From Guillardia theta CCMP2712 (taxonomy: Eukaryota > Protista > Cryptophyta): 64,000 bases of DNA. Both the position numbers and the translations under genes were made by a program. This document shows, piece by piece, positions 39,496-51,900 of this stretch; position 1 is the stretch's first letter; each line of letters opens with the position of its first letter. Under the pieces are notes generated by a model. It did not search any database. It was not told where the DNA came from and worked only from the letters and a program-made list of their open reading frames with translations. The DNA lies in NCBI RefSeq assembly GCF_000315625.1, contig NW_005434608.1, forward strand, positions 145,449 through 209,448. Direction: 5' to 3'.

Positions 39496-40120
39496 TGATT
39501 GTCCTCGTACGGCTACAGATTTTTTAACTTAACTTTGAGTAAAGAGACTGTGGCTTGCTACTACGGAAATAACGGCCTATGCTCCGAGTGCCAAGGAGTT
39601 ACAAGGCTACGGTGCTGGTAAGACCTGCGGCGTAGGTTCCTAGAGAGTACCCCACGTACTCCACTGAACGCCTTTGTAAAACGGAAAATAAAAGAAAACA
39701 AAAGTAAAGGTGGGGTATCCCACCAATTTTTGTAGGGGTGTCATAGGTGTACCTAAGACCTCCTAACCTCTGAAAACTCAACTTCGATGCTATTTTCACC
39801 TTACGTACCTGGCCCACGAGACCCTACCCCACAGTCCCCGGAAGTTCCCACCCTACCCTCGAAAGTGCTACTTCACCGTCGCAGTCAAACACACCACTGG
39901 CTAGGCTTCCTAGTACCACCCCCCTATGCAAAGGATTTGTAGGCTGGTGGGTCGCTAGAAATCAGGGGTCCTTATCAAATGTTAACTTTGATGTTGGACC
40001 CCACCACTACTACCCCCACCCCCTTCCCTTCTACCCCGCCTTCCAATAATATTTCGGAACTTTCGGCCTTGTTCCCCACGCAGCGTCCCACGGCCGTCAC
40101 AAGCCACGAGCCGGCGGGAA

Positions 40121-40858
40121 ATGCAGGCAACCATGACGACAGCCATGCGCGACAAGAGGAGAGAGTGGCTCATGAAGCAGGCTTCTTCTGCTTCCAACTT
40201 CTCTTCTCTTGGTTCCGTCGCCTCATCCGACTCAGGATCTCAGAATGGCTCCAGCCGAAACCTGCGCGTGAATATCTCGCAAGTCAACGAGGAGCTGGGT
40301 TACCGTGACAACCGGATCCGTGCCTTAACGAATCGGCTTGTTTCTAGTAGAAGCATGTCTGACATGCATGCTATTGCTGCCATTGACATCGATGCCTCAT
40401 CGCAGTGGAGTCAGCTGCAGGAGAAAGGGCTCGACAAACGCGAACAGGAAGACATTGAGACCGTCCCTCCTGCACTGACACAAAGCTCTGAAGTAATTGT
40501 TTCAAATGCTTTGGCCCGACGAGGCTCCATGAACGACTTGTCGACAGCAAGCTACAAGCGTATCAACCTGAAAAGCGAATCCAGTGAGCAATCAAGCACT
40601 AAGACGAGAAGGAAGTCGGAAATAAATCGATACCTGATCAAGACGTACGCTCGTCTCGGTCAGCCAAAGGAGTCTGAAGAGTCCAGGCCAATACATTACT
40701 TTGTTCCGGAACTCGAGCAGACAAGCACACGAGAGCCTGAGAAGTTTGAGCTGAACATTGGATCGGGGTTGTCAAATCTCTGGGACGACTGCAAGAAAAT
40801 GAGCGACTCCTACTTGGGGGGGGCGATGAAGAATCTTCAACAAACTTTCGTTCATTGA
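40121..40858 (+). CDS. Hypothetical protein, single exon, 245 aa
   Basis: Clean ATG-started ORF with normal composition, followed by an AT-rich 3' region. Confidence 0.6.
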   Translation: MQATMTTAMRDKRREWLMKQASSASNFSSLGSVASSDSGSQNGSSRNLRVNISQVNEELGYRDNRIRALTNRLVSSRSMSDMHAIAAIDIDASSQWSQLQEKGLDKREQEDIETVPPALTQSSEVIVSNALARRGSMNDLSTASYKRINLKSESSEQSSTKTRRKSEINRYLIKTYARLGQPKESEESRPIHYFVPELEQTSTREPEKFELNIGSGLSNLWDDCKKMSDSYLGGAMKNLQQTFVH

Positions 40859-41787
40859 TTTTAGCTTACTTGTTGACTTTTGATTTTGTAGTGCCCTGTA
40901 AGGTTTGGATCTCGATTGTAATATATGATACTGTGTTGATAAGATGTAGCCATGGTCTGGCCCTCTCTTCTACATATCTCAACCACAACTAATTGTCAAC
41001 GAGATCACGGGAGTGAATGATTGTGGTTTGGAAACAACCCTGGACTACAACGGTCCGACCAAGTCTGGTCTCCATCTCGGTTGACTAGTCCGACAGTGGC
41101 GTTTGATGTTGGTGCCTTTGATTTCTCGAAACCCTATGATCCTGGCTCACGATTTGTAGCATCAGGTCCAAGCGAATCGTGAGGACCTGCCAGATGATTC
41201 CAACAAGATAGGGCAGGATTACAAGTACGTCCCCGCTGGAGGTTTCATGGACAACCGAGGAGAAGGCATACATGGAAGTGCTCTCTCCCTTGGCTACGTA
41301 ACGGTCGAGAACACGATGAAAACAGACAAAGAGGGGGTCAGACAATCTGAGAGGTGGTGGGATGTTCCTAAATTTTGGTAACAAGAGTCAAATGCTAATC
41401 ATCGATATTTATTCTCCTAGTACATGCGAAAACGTGTAGAAGTGAAGCAACAGAAACATCCAGATCAAAACATTCCTAAGCTTAAATTTACTATTTGACA
41501 AGTACAGCTTTGTTGACATGTGACATGCCAAATGGAGAAAACGTTTTGTCACTAGCAAAGGAGATGAATTTGCACGTTTCTCAGGACAACAGAGAGAACT
41601 CTTTTCAAGAATAACACAATAGCTTATAAAAGGGTACAATTAATCCGCAACTGGAATCTGCATCATTTCCTTTCAGAGTCCGCGGACTGGCGGACAAGGG
41701 AGCGAGTGGCCTAGTGGACTGTCAGTAAGCAGAATCTTGGAGGAGCAGCCTTCAGCTGTACAGCTACCTGCGCCAATCTTGGATTCA

Positions 41788-42526
41788 TCAAGCTCGACGG
41801 GGGCGGGTTGCAACCAATCGAGCTAGGTTTCTTTCCAGCAACTGCATGAGCCGCTGCTCGGTCGCAGTAGGTTTCCCTGGAGCGCGGCTGCCATCGAGTT
41901 GAACTTCGCGTACAGCGGCAAGGCGACTCACCCATAACGCAGCCTGACGAGTTGCAAGATCATGGAGTAGTTGGAGTCCAGCATCTTATCCACCTCCTCC
42001 GGGTCCAACGGGGCCTTCAGGAAGTTTAGATTAGGAGAACAGTGAAAACAAACGTACAGAATTTGAACTGGATGCGCTCATTTCCTCCTTGCTTGTTGGA
42101 GGATCCCTGCGCCTCCGTCAAACAGATCGTCTTCAAGACGTTCCTCCCCCCCCTCTCCCTTCTCCTCCCTCCTCCCTTCTCCCTCCTCCTCCGCCTTACT
42201 TCTCATCAACGGATTGGTCCTTCTCATCCTCAGCCTCCCAGAGCTCAATGTCCACCTCGCTCTCCGAAGATCCTGCATGGGCCAGTCATGCTGTCGAGCA
42301 TCACGAGCTCGATGGTTCAAGTTGCTGCGCGATGGCGGTCCTCCAATAGTAGGGAGCCACAGGGCCTCTCTCTCATACACCATCTCATCTTCGTCGATCA
42401 TACGGCATGCACATCACTTACTCCTCTCCTCTCCTCTCCTCTCTCCTCTCCTCCCTCCCTCCCCTCCTCTCCTCTCCTCTCCTCCCTTCCCCTCTCCTCG
42501 CCTCTCCCCTCACCTTCATCAGCCAT
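41788..42526 (-). CDS. Small spliced hypothetical protein with a weak SSXT (SS18/GIF)-like helical hairpin
   Basis: Exons APLDPEEVDKMLDSNYSMILQLVRLRY and GKPTATEQRLMQLLERNLARLVA resemble IQKMLDEN..LI....GK......QQILHRNLVYLA. Boundaries uncertain. Confidence 0.35.
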
Positions 42527-42713
42527 CGCCCTTCGGCCTGCTGCTCGTAACGGGATCTGAAACGGCTCCGTGGTTTGTTTTTAACGGCTGCGCAACGGAA
42601 AACCCAGATGACGGATGGCGGGAAAGAGGGCAGAGCCGGAAGGACGAACGGAGAGAGGAGGAGCAGGAGCATGAAGAGAAGCGTGATCGGAATCAGGAGT
42701 GAGATCAGGAGCG

Positions 42714-42756
<43 letters not shown>

Positions 42757-43061
42757 CAACAGGAGGAAGAGGATAGGGATTGGCATTGAATATTTTTTGA
42801 GATGGGCTGTCCGTGCCATGAAAGTCGTTTGGGTGGTCGAGCGTGGAAACGAGAGCAGAGACACAGTTTTGTGAAGATTCGGTCCAACAAACCGGCAAGA
42901 TTGCGTGCTCTACAGTGTGCAAGACAAGGAGCTTTGACATGGCACTTGCCGTCGTTCAAATATGTAGCACACTATGTTCATTAGTTAGCTGGAACAGACC
43001 CGGAGGAGCATTCGCGCTCGAGCGCCTCCCCGTCCTACGATCTCCTGACATGCATGGGCAG

Positions 43062-44369
43062 ATGTCATTCAGATCCCAGACTGTGGAGCAGCAGAACCTC
43101 TGCCATCAGTTCTCGGAGATCACGCAAGCAAGGTGAGTTCCAACTGAGAGGCCTCACCTTGACCAGTACTGCAGTCCTGAAGTTGCAGCGAGCATCCTGA
43201 GGAAGTGCAAATGGAACATCCGACAGGTTTGCTCTGCCATGGCAGCGACAGGACACCATGGTTGATTGTCCTCAGGCAATCGAGGTGTACTGGGAGAGCG
43301 CCGACTTCTGCTCTCCCGCTGTTGACAGCTCGGCCATCGAAGCGCTGTTTGACAAGTACAAGGGTGAGGAGCTTGACCCTGCGGTGCACAACATGATGTC
43401 GGCTGGCAGACTCGGACGACAACGCCATAGGCGTTGACGGTCTGATCAACTTCTGCAACGACCTGGAGATTCCTCCCGACGACCTGCGGATGCTTTACTT
43501 CTGTTACAACCTCAAGGTCAAGCTTGCGCACGACTCCTTCCCCGCCATGCTCAATCGCAACTGTGCATTGTGCAGGCCAAGAGCGCGGTAAGATGGACCA
43601 ACGCGGAGTTCGTGCAAGGGTTGTCTCGGCTGGGTGTAGACTCCATAGAGAAGATAAGAGACAGGTTAACTCTCCCCTACGTTGATCCTCCTTTCTCACC
43701 ATCTCTCTCTCTATCCTCCTTTGTCTCTCCGTCATCTCCCTCCGTCCTCTTTCTCAACATCTCCTTTCTTGCCATCTCTCTTCATCCACTGTCTCTCTAT
43801 CGTCTCGGTTGATCTTCTTCATCCTCTCCATCCTCCTTGCTTGTCTCTGTTGTGACCTGAGGCCATCACGGCAGCCTCAAGCACATGCGGTCTGAGCTTT
43901 CAAGTCCCAGCAAATTCAAAGATTTCTACGCGTACGCCTTCGACATCTCTCGGTACCGTCGTGTTGTTTCAGCGTCACTCGACGTGTGAATGGGACATGG
44001 CAGACAAGATGGGCAGAAGGTTCTTGACCTACAAACAGCCATACAGCTTTGGAGGATGTTGTTAGAGGGACGATTCGATCATCTGGACCTATGGTGTGAA
44101 TACCTCGAGAAAGTGTACAACAAGGCGATTACCAAAGACACCTGGCAACTCACCCTTGAGTTCTCGTAAGAGATGGGCATGTTGCTGTGATCATGGTGAT
44201 ACATCTGCAGGCAAACTGTGAATGAGGACTTCTCAAACATCGACCTGGAAAACAGCGCGTGGCCAGTGGTGATTGACGAGGTGAAATTGCAATGTCTTGC
44301 TCTTAGTGTCAGAGAAGCTGAACTGCCTCGCAGTTTGTTGAGTATTGCAGAGCCAAGGTGCCCTCGTAA
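43062..44369 (+). CDS. DCN1: DCN1-like neddylation E3 (UBA-like plus PONY/cullin-binding domain)
   Basis: FSEITQAS-PEVAASILRKCKWNI, IEALFDKYK, IGVDGLINFCNDLEIPPDD, FKDFYAYAFD, AITKDTWQLTLEF, SAWPVVIDE-FVEYCRAKVPS*. Confidence 0.95.
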
Positions 44370-44829
44370 GGTCGTGTCATCAGATGTTTGCATGCTGAAC
44401 GATCGGATGAGTTTGCGGCGGGGTGAGGAGGAGGTGCCGTAGAGGGAGGGGAGATTCGACATGTACATCAAGGGGGAGGTACAAGCAAGGAGAGTGATTG
44501 AGCGATCTCAGCTACTGTAAGGATGGACCATTGTAGGCTTGCCTATCAAGGTTTTGATGAACTCAATCAAACGTTGCCATGACAACGATAGGGAATGGAT
44601 GATATATTTAAAAGAAGAAGAGTGAAGAGTGGTTGTCAATTTGTTGTGCTCTGCCCAAACACCGCAGATTTCTGAGTGGCCGCAACAACAACGCACAGAC
44701 TTTCTTTAATTTTGCATGCATAACGACAAGTGTGACTTGATAATCTACACAAAGAGGAGGGGGCCAACAAGTTACTGGGGTAACAGAAGAACGGAATACC
44801 ATCAGCGTAGCTCTCTGATCCATCGCATC

Positions 44830-47800
44830 TCAAGATTTGCCAGCCGAGAGCTCTCGCCGAGCCTGTGGGACCGAGTGAACGACAGGGAATGGCTGGAGGA
44901 GGGAGGAGGAAGAGGAGTAAGAGATGCACGATCAAGGGGGAGGAAGAGCAGGATAAAGCCATAGAGAAATGTGAGAGGGCAAGAAAGCTGAGGCAAAGGT
45001 GAGGGGAGGAGAGCGGTTGGAGGGAGGAAGGGGGAGGGAGTGAACGAGGAGAGGAAGGAATCGACGGATGGGAAAGGAAAGCGAGGGATGGGAAAGGGGG
45101 CGAGAGGGCGGAGGAGGAGAAGAAAGAGGAGGAGGCGAAATTTCTAAAGGCTGATTGAGTGGTTGGGACGTGCAACCCGGTTGCGCTTATCAAGAGTCCT
45201 CCTGTTGAGTTTGAGCGATTCAAGGGAGACTATGCAGTCCCTGAGCAGCTGTCAGTTTATCAAAAGCCCCCCTCCTCCTCGTCCTTCCCTCCCTCTCTGC
45301 TCCCTCCCTTCCTCCCTCCTCCACTTCCTCCGTCCTCCTCCTTGCCCTGCCCTGCCCTGCCCTGCCCTGCCCTGCCCTGCCCTGCCCTGCCCTGCCCTGC
45401 CCTGGCTCACTTCCCCTCTCCTCCTTGACTCCTTCACTGCATGTTGACCTGCAGTAGGTGAGGAGAAATCTCATCGTCTCCAACCGAGTTCGACGAGGGT
45501 TTTTCACGAGCATGAGCTGTGAGGCTCGTTAGGATTCGGTGAGAGGGGAAGAGGTGTGACAGGCAGAACAAACAAGAGGAGATGTCAAGACGGACTACAT
45601 GGGAGAAGAGAAGGAAAAGGGAGGAAGGCGAGAAGGCGGCAGACAGCCAGGGGAGGAAAGTAGAAAATGAAGGGAGGGAGGGAGGGAGGGAGGGAGGGAG
45701 GGAGGGAGGGAGGGAGCGAGCGAGGGAGCGAGGGAGGGAGCGAGGGAGGGAGCGAGCGAGGGAGCGAGGGAGGGAGCGAGGGAGGGAGAGGGAGGGAGGT
45801 ATGCCTGGATTGATCCGCTCTTTTGCACAGTAGCACTGAAGCATAGCTTGAGTTCTCCTTTCTCCACAAAGAAATTGAAATTGATCGCCCCCGTCAACTG
45901 CTCCAGGTTCTCACCTTTCGTCTCCTCCTCCTCCTCCTCCTCTCCTCCTTCACCTGCTTGCTGTATTTCTCCACCTTGTTCTCCTCCTTCAACCTCTCCA
46001 GCACCTTCGCCATCCGGTCAACGTCAAACCCGTAGCTGGGGTCCATGACCTGCCATCAGTCTTACTTCTCAACCCTAGCCCCTTTCCCATCCGCTCTGCC
46101 TCCCTTTCTCCTCCCCTTCCCCTTCCCCTCCCCTCGCTGCTTCAGATTTCCCAGGTCGAGCGAGCACCCTGACCGTCACCTACCGCGTTGTCGGTGGAGG
46201 AGAAGACGGGGTTTGGAGAGAGCTGGAGGTCTTCGATCTTTCGGCCCTGCTGCTCGAAGAGGCATCGGAAGAGGGGGAAGAGATCCTCGTTGCTCGACAG
46301 CTGCCCGGAGTACTGGGCCTTGTGCCTCTTCTCAGGGTCCTTGTTGTTGAAGCCGAAGAGGCGGATCGATGCCTTTTGCGACTTCTTGTTCTGCTCGAGC
46401 ATTTCCATGCCGATCGTGACGACGCCTCCAAAGAAGAGCCTCCCCTCCTCTGAGGGCCAGGATCAGCACCAAAAGCGGTGGAGCTGGAGGGGATAGTAGA
46501 GCAAAGTATGGGAGAAGCGATGAGGGAGAAGGAGGCGGGGGGGGGGTGGAGGAGAGGAGGGAGATGGAGAGAGGGGAGTGATGTCTGGAGAGGACACGGA
46601 AAGGAAGGAAGAGCAGCTGGGAGGTCTTACTGCTCTGTGCAGTTGTGATCTCATTGATCTTGAAGCTGCACCTCTTGTTGATATACAACATCAACCCCTT
46701 CTCCTGTTAGCTGTGTCAACGACGGTTGGAACGAGCCAATAGACAAAAAGGGACACACGATATGCTCGCTGAGCTCCTTGATAGTGACTGCCTGGCTGTT
46801 CTGAATTCTGAAGGATAACTGCAACAACATCGATCAGGAGAGCCAGCAGTTCATGTAGGACAGGAAGCGGAGCAAAAACATCCAAAGCAAGATCTGGAGT
46901 GGAACAAACCTTGACATTGGAAGTGGAGCTTGAGAGGGGGTTGAACAAGACATCGAAACCTTCCTTCCGGTACATGTCCCGAACGATCGCTTCGTCCGAG
47001 TCCAAACTCTAGAGCACGGCATCGTCAGGTGGATGCTCTTCGCAGAGTTTGACTCACGTCATCCTCCCAGTCGTTTTGAGGCGCAATGATGCCGTCAGCC
47101 TGCCCAACGTCGTTGAGCGTTCTGAAACAGACTTGGATACAGGATCCTTACTTTACGCTTCTTTGAACTAGGCGTTTCCTTTGTCATTTCATTTTGTTTT
47201 CTCTTGTTGTCTGCGGACTCACGTCAACTCTTGCCTGCTATCGGTGACGTTCAACTTACTTTGCGTTGCAGCGGGACAGGGAGAAGATTGCGCGGTAACG
47301 TTGCGTTGATCAACACTGCAAGTTATCTTAGCAGGTTGAAAATTACTGTGATGTGGGGGGGGGGGGGAGAGGGAGGGAGGGAGGGAGGGAGCGAAGGAGC
47401 AAGGTGTACTTCTGTTCTTCCAATGTGCCCTCCGCGTTCTCTTCTTCACTTCGACTTCTGTGAGACAAGTTTTCACACATCTCGACCAGGCCTGTCTTCT
47501 CGCTCACCCTTCCTCAGTCTTGCTCGATGACAGGTTGCTCTCCTGACTCGCAGATTTGAAGCTCGTGAGTACATCAGCAGCTTTCTCTGCAGCTTCTTCT
47601 GAAGTTGGGCACAGGAAAGAGTCAGTGCGAAATAGTCAAGGCCGATGAGGTATCAGGTTGAAATGAGGAGGAAAGACTGATAGCACTGGATAGAAAGATG
47701 CTACAAGACAAGAACCAAGAAGCTTACCTTCCTCAGGACGTTGAAATTGACTCTCTTGTTCATCTTCACGATCTGACGTCTCATGTTCCCTTCTGCCCTT

Positions 47801-48046
47801 GCTGTCGCGGAGATTGGGCCCATCCTGCCTTTCGGACAGTCCTCCGATCATCCGTTCTGCCGTAGCATGCACATCGGACAGAGAATAACTTTCTTGCGAA
47901 TAGTTTTCTTGCGAGCTGATCTGAAATGGTTCAATCTCAAAATGGTTCTGACTCGAAAAAGAATCCGATGGCATATCTGTTATCTTTCCATCGAATACAT
48001 CTGCAAAATCTTGCGAAGAACTCATCCTTCCTGACTCCTGCGACAT
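44830..48046 (-). CDS. Divergent TATA-binding-protein-fold protein with a long SQ-rich N-terminal extension, more than 12 exons
   Basis: The spliced C-terminal half shows two pseudo-repeats beginning NPLSSSTSNV and NPVFSSTDNA, each with TBP-like strand/helix order (see findings). The gene is well supported by frame-consistent splicing; the fold call is an inference. Confidence 0.55.
45345..45403 (+). repeat. (CCCTG)n pentanucleotide repeat in an intron
   Basis: Direct tandem array. Confidence 0.9.
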
Positions 48047-48955
48047 GTTGGGCTGAGCCCGTCGCTCGATTTCCTGACTAGCAGCTCGAGCGCCCGGTTG
48101 TCAGGTGCGAGACATGTCCTTTCTCTCAACCCATTCGCGGGATACCACCCACAGCTAGCCGTTCATGCACACGGGAGCGACGAAGCTGAGGGTTTCATCT
48201 GCAAAGATGTCAAGAGCGTTGAATGCAGGAAACCTTGACAGGTATTCCCAACTCCATCGATCATCAGGCGCGGTGAAAGTGACATGTTACTACCCTCCGT
48301 TTATTGACCTCCCTTGTCCTGTTGGAGGCTGGAACCTCATCCTGGTCACCTCACTCTAGCGTGTCTCCCTCTTGTCTGCTCCATATCGGCCCTCACCTCG
48401 CGGCATTAACTCTCTCTACCCCTCAATATTTGAGTCTCGATCCCATTGATACGTTCTCACTTTCCCTCTACGCATCTCGCAGCTCAACCAGTCTTCCTAT
48501 GTTTCTTTGTTACTATTCATCTTCGCTCGTTCTCTTCCTCTTTCTCGCCCACCCCATCGCCCCTTGATCCCACACGCGTCAACTCCTCCATTTCCCACCT
48601 GCATCCCTCAACTTATCGTTTTTTCCAGCATCGCATGCCACAGTGCACCTGAAGTCCCTTGTCTCTCATTTCATCTGCAGCTTGTCCTCTCTCTGCCTCC
48701 TCCTCCCCTCCCGCTCCCTTCCTCCTCCCCTCCCGCTCCCCTCCTCCTCCCCTCCCGCTCCGCACCATCCCTGCTCCTTCTCATCTCTTCCCTCTCCTTC
48801 ATCTACGTTCTAGACGCGACATTCAGCCGTACCCCACCCCCTTCGCTACCTGACAATGATCGTAATATGACCGGTACCATTTGCTCCTCTGAAGACCCTC
48901 AGGAGCTCTTAGGTTTGGTGGGGTACTGAGACCGTTACAAACGGTTATTTGGAAA

Positions 48956-51900
48956 ATGCTCTGGGCAATGACAAATGCTGTCGGAGCAGGGGCCGGGGCG
49001 GGAGTAGGAGGAGGAGGAGGAGGAGCAGGAGCAGCAGCAGGAGCAGGAGGAGCAGGAGCAGGAGCAGGAGCAGCGTCCAGAGGACCAGCAGGAGGAGCAT
49101 GTATAGAGGCGAACTTGATGGGGTTCCACCATTCGAGGTTGATCCGTGTGGGAGGAGCTCAATTCAGTCCCTCCTGCCAAGTGAGGGCGGGGAGAGAAGA
49201 TTTGATGCGTCCAACCTGCGGAGGTTGGAACGATGGAAGAAACTGCGAGATGTTGGGGTGGAGGCGAAAGATCCTAGGGAATGTACAGAGCGGATCGCGT
49301 GCGGGGGCGTCGGGACAAAGGCAAGGGGACTGGAGATGGAAAACACTGTCCCGAAAGTGTAGCTCCTTTGTGCACTCCTCCTCAAAAATCCTCAGAAACC
49401 TGATCGTCCTCCTCCTTCTGATAGTTGGAACCTGGTTTCAATCCCCCAAGGTTGCGAGTGCGAAGGAGGGAGTGGGGGTGCAGGCGGAGCAAGCGGAGCA
49501 GGAGCGCGTTGTAAACCCAAACTCCAGGGCATGGAAAGAAGAGTTCAAAGGGTCCGAGCTCCCGCTATGGGCTCAGTTTGCTCGCAGGGACGTGACTCTT
49601 GCGAACATGGAGGACAAGGAAATGTTCATGACGGAGTGCAAGGCAGTCGTGCAGAGTCCTGTAGAGTACGTGTACGTGATGACGTTTGGGTCTCTCGAAG
49701 AGCAGGAGAGGTTCCTCCTGCGGCACTCCGGGGTAGAGCAGCCCGCCATGGTGCCATCGCAAGGGGGGGCAGTTGAAGCTGCCAAGGAGGGAGAGGGAGG
49801 ACTTGTGGAGATGTCCCCCGGCTTCATCTTCAGGACGGCCGTGCTCGTCCTCTCTGTGCTGTGTATCTCTGCGCTGAACATGCCGATACAATCGCCCACC
49901 ATCCGGCTGTTTGATAAGGCGTCTAGGAAGAAGGAGGAGTCAGTGAGGAAGAAATTTGGTCGAGTCGTGGCAAGGGGCGCAAACTCGAGTGCGGCCTTGC
50001 TGTCTACCAAGATCCCCGGGAAACAGGACGCGTCGAGCTACGACTTTGTTGTTATAGGTGAGCTTGTGGAGGAGGGAGGGAGGGAGGGAGGGAGGGAGGG
50101 GGAGAGAGAGGAGGGAGACGAGGAGGCGTGTATTGAAGAAAGGGGAAGGAGGAAGAGGAAGGAAAGGAGAAGGGGAGTATAGGAGGGAGGGGAAGGAAAG
50201 AGGGAGTCATCGGAGGGGGCCTGTGTTGTCTCTTGACAAGGAGGGATGCAGGAGGTGGAGCAGCAGGGCTGATGGCTGCAGGGCTCGGGACTTCGCTCGG
50301 GGCCAAGACTGTGTTGATTGAGGCGGATGAGATAGGAGGAGACTGTACGAACCAGGTTAAGGGAGGGAGGGGATGGTGGTGAGGGCGGCAGGAAGGGGAT
50401 AGCGGGCAGGTCGAAGAGGTGATTAGGGAAAGGGAGTCGGGTGAGGTTGGGAGAAGGAGAAGGAGAAGGAGAAGAAGAGAACGGGGAGGAGAGAGGAGAG
50501 GAGAGAAGAGGGGAGGGGTGGGGAGGGTGGTGGTGGTTGTGGTAGTTGTGGAGGAGGAGGAGGAGCTGATGCTGCATTCAGGGCTGTGTGCCCAGCAAAG
50601 CGTTGCTGCATGCAGGCAACGAGATGTCGCTACGAATGTGATGCGCCTTGACGACTTGAAGTTGTTGGCATGATGAGATGACGCAGGCCATCTTGGAGGA
50701 GCAATCTTTCAGATTCACTACAAGGTCCGCCATCTTCAAGCTTTGAACCCTCCTCTCCTACCTCTTCCTCCTCCTCCTCCTCCACCACCACCACCACCTC
50801 CTCCTCCTCCTCCTCTACTTCTCTCTCTCCCCTCCCCTCTTTCTTCCTCTCCCTCCATCTTCCAATTTCTCTCTTGTCCTCACGCGTGCTCCCCCCTGTC
50901 TCATGCTAACGATGACTTCAGATGGCGTAAGGGCTTCACTTACCCGAGTCTCAGTAACGCTTGTCAAAGGCTGACGCACCTGGCGCCGCCTCCCTGTACC
51001 CAGTCAAGAGGTTTCCTCTGCCCTCTACATCCTCTGCTGAGTCAGCAGCAGCCACATCCAGTCGGTCGTTGCCAGGGTGAAATCGCACGAGTCGGCAGAG
51101 GCGATTCAGAAAGGTGGAGCAACCAACGTGCTGATGGTGGTGGTGGACCTGTATGGTTGACGTGCTTGTGCTGTCCCGTCTCTGTCTTGTCCGTCCCTCT
51201 CGCTATCTATGTGATGGTTCGCCCAGCGGGGATCTCGTTTATCCACGGACAAGCGTCTTTCAAGGGTCAGAACAAGATCCTTGTGAGAAGATCTGACGGG
51301 AATTCTTCCGAGGTGTGCCATCTGCTCTTCTCAACACCTTGACAACATCTCCGTCATTTCCGTTGCATCTCCACACTCCTGTCATGAATCTTTTCTTGAA
51401 TCTTCCTCCATCCTCCTCTCTTGTCGATCACTCAGATTCACTCTCCCAACAGATCGTGGGGAAGAAAATTCTGATTTGCACGGGGGCGGAGCCGAAAGTC
51501 CCAGCGATCAAGGGGATCAGGAACGTGAACTTTTGGACCTACCGAGATGTAAAACTTGTTGCTGCATGGGGAAGGAACTGAAATGATTCTCCTCTCCTCC
51601 AGCTTTTCAAGCGCTTCCCCTCTGACCGCCCTGCTCACCTCGTCATCATCGGTAAGAGCTGACGAGAGTCGGCCGGGGCCTGGGANNNNNNNNNNNNNNN
51701 NNNNNNNNNNNNNNNNNNNNNNNNNNNNNNNNNNNNNNNNNNNNNNNNNNNNNNNNNNNNNNNNNNNNNNNNNNNNNNNNNNNNNGCTTCATCTTCGCTC
51801 CTCCTTTCTCTCTCCTCTCTCCTCTCTCCTCTCTCCTCTCTCCTCTCTCCTCTCTCCTCTCTCCTCTCTCCTCTCTCCTCTCCTCTCCTCTCTCTCCTTC

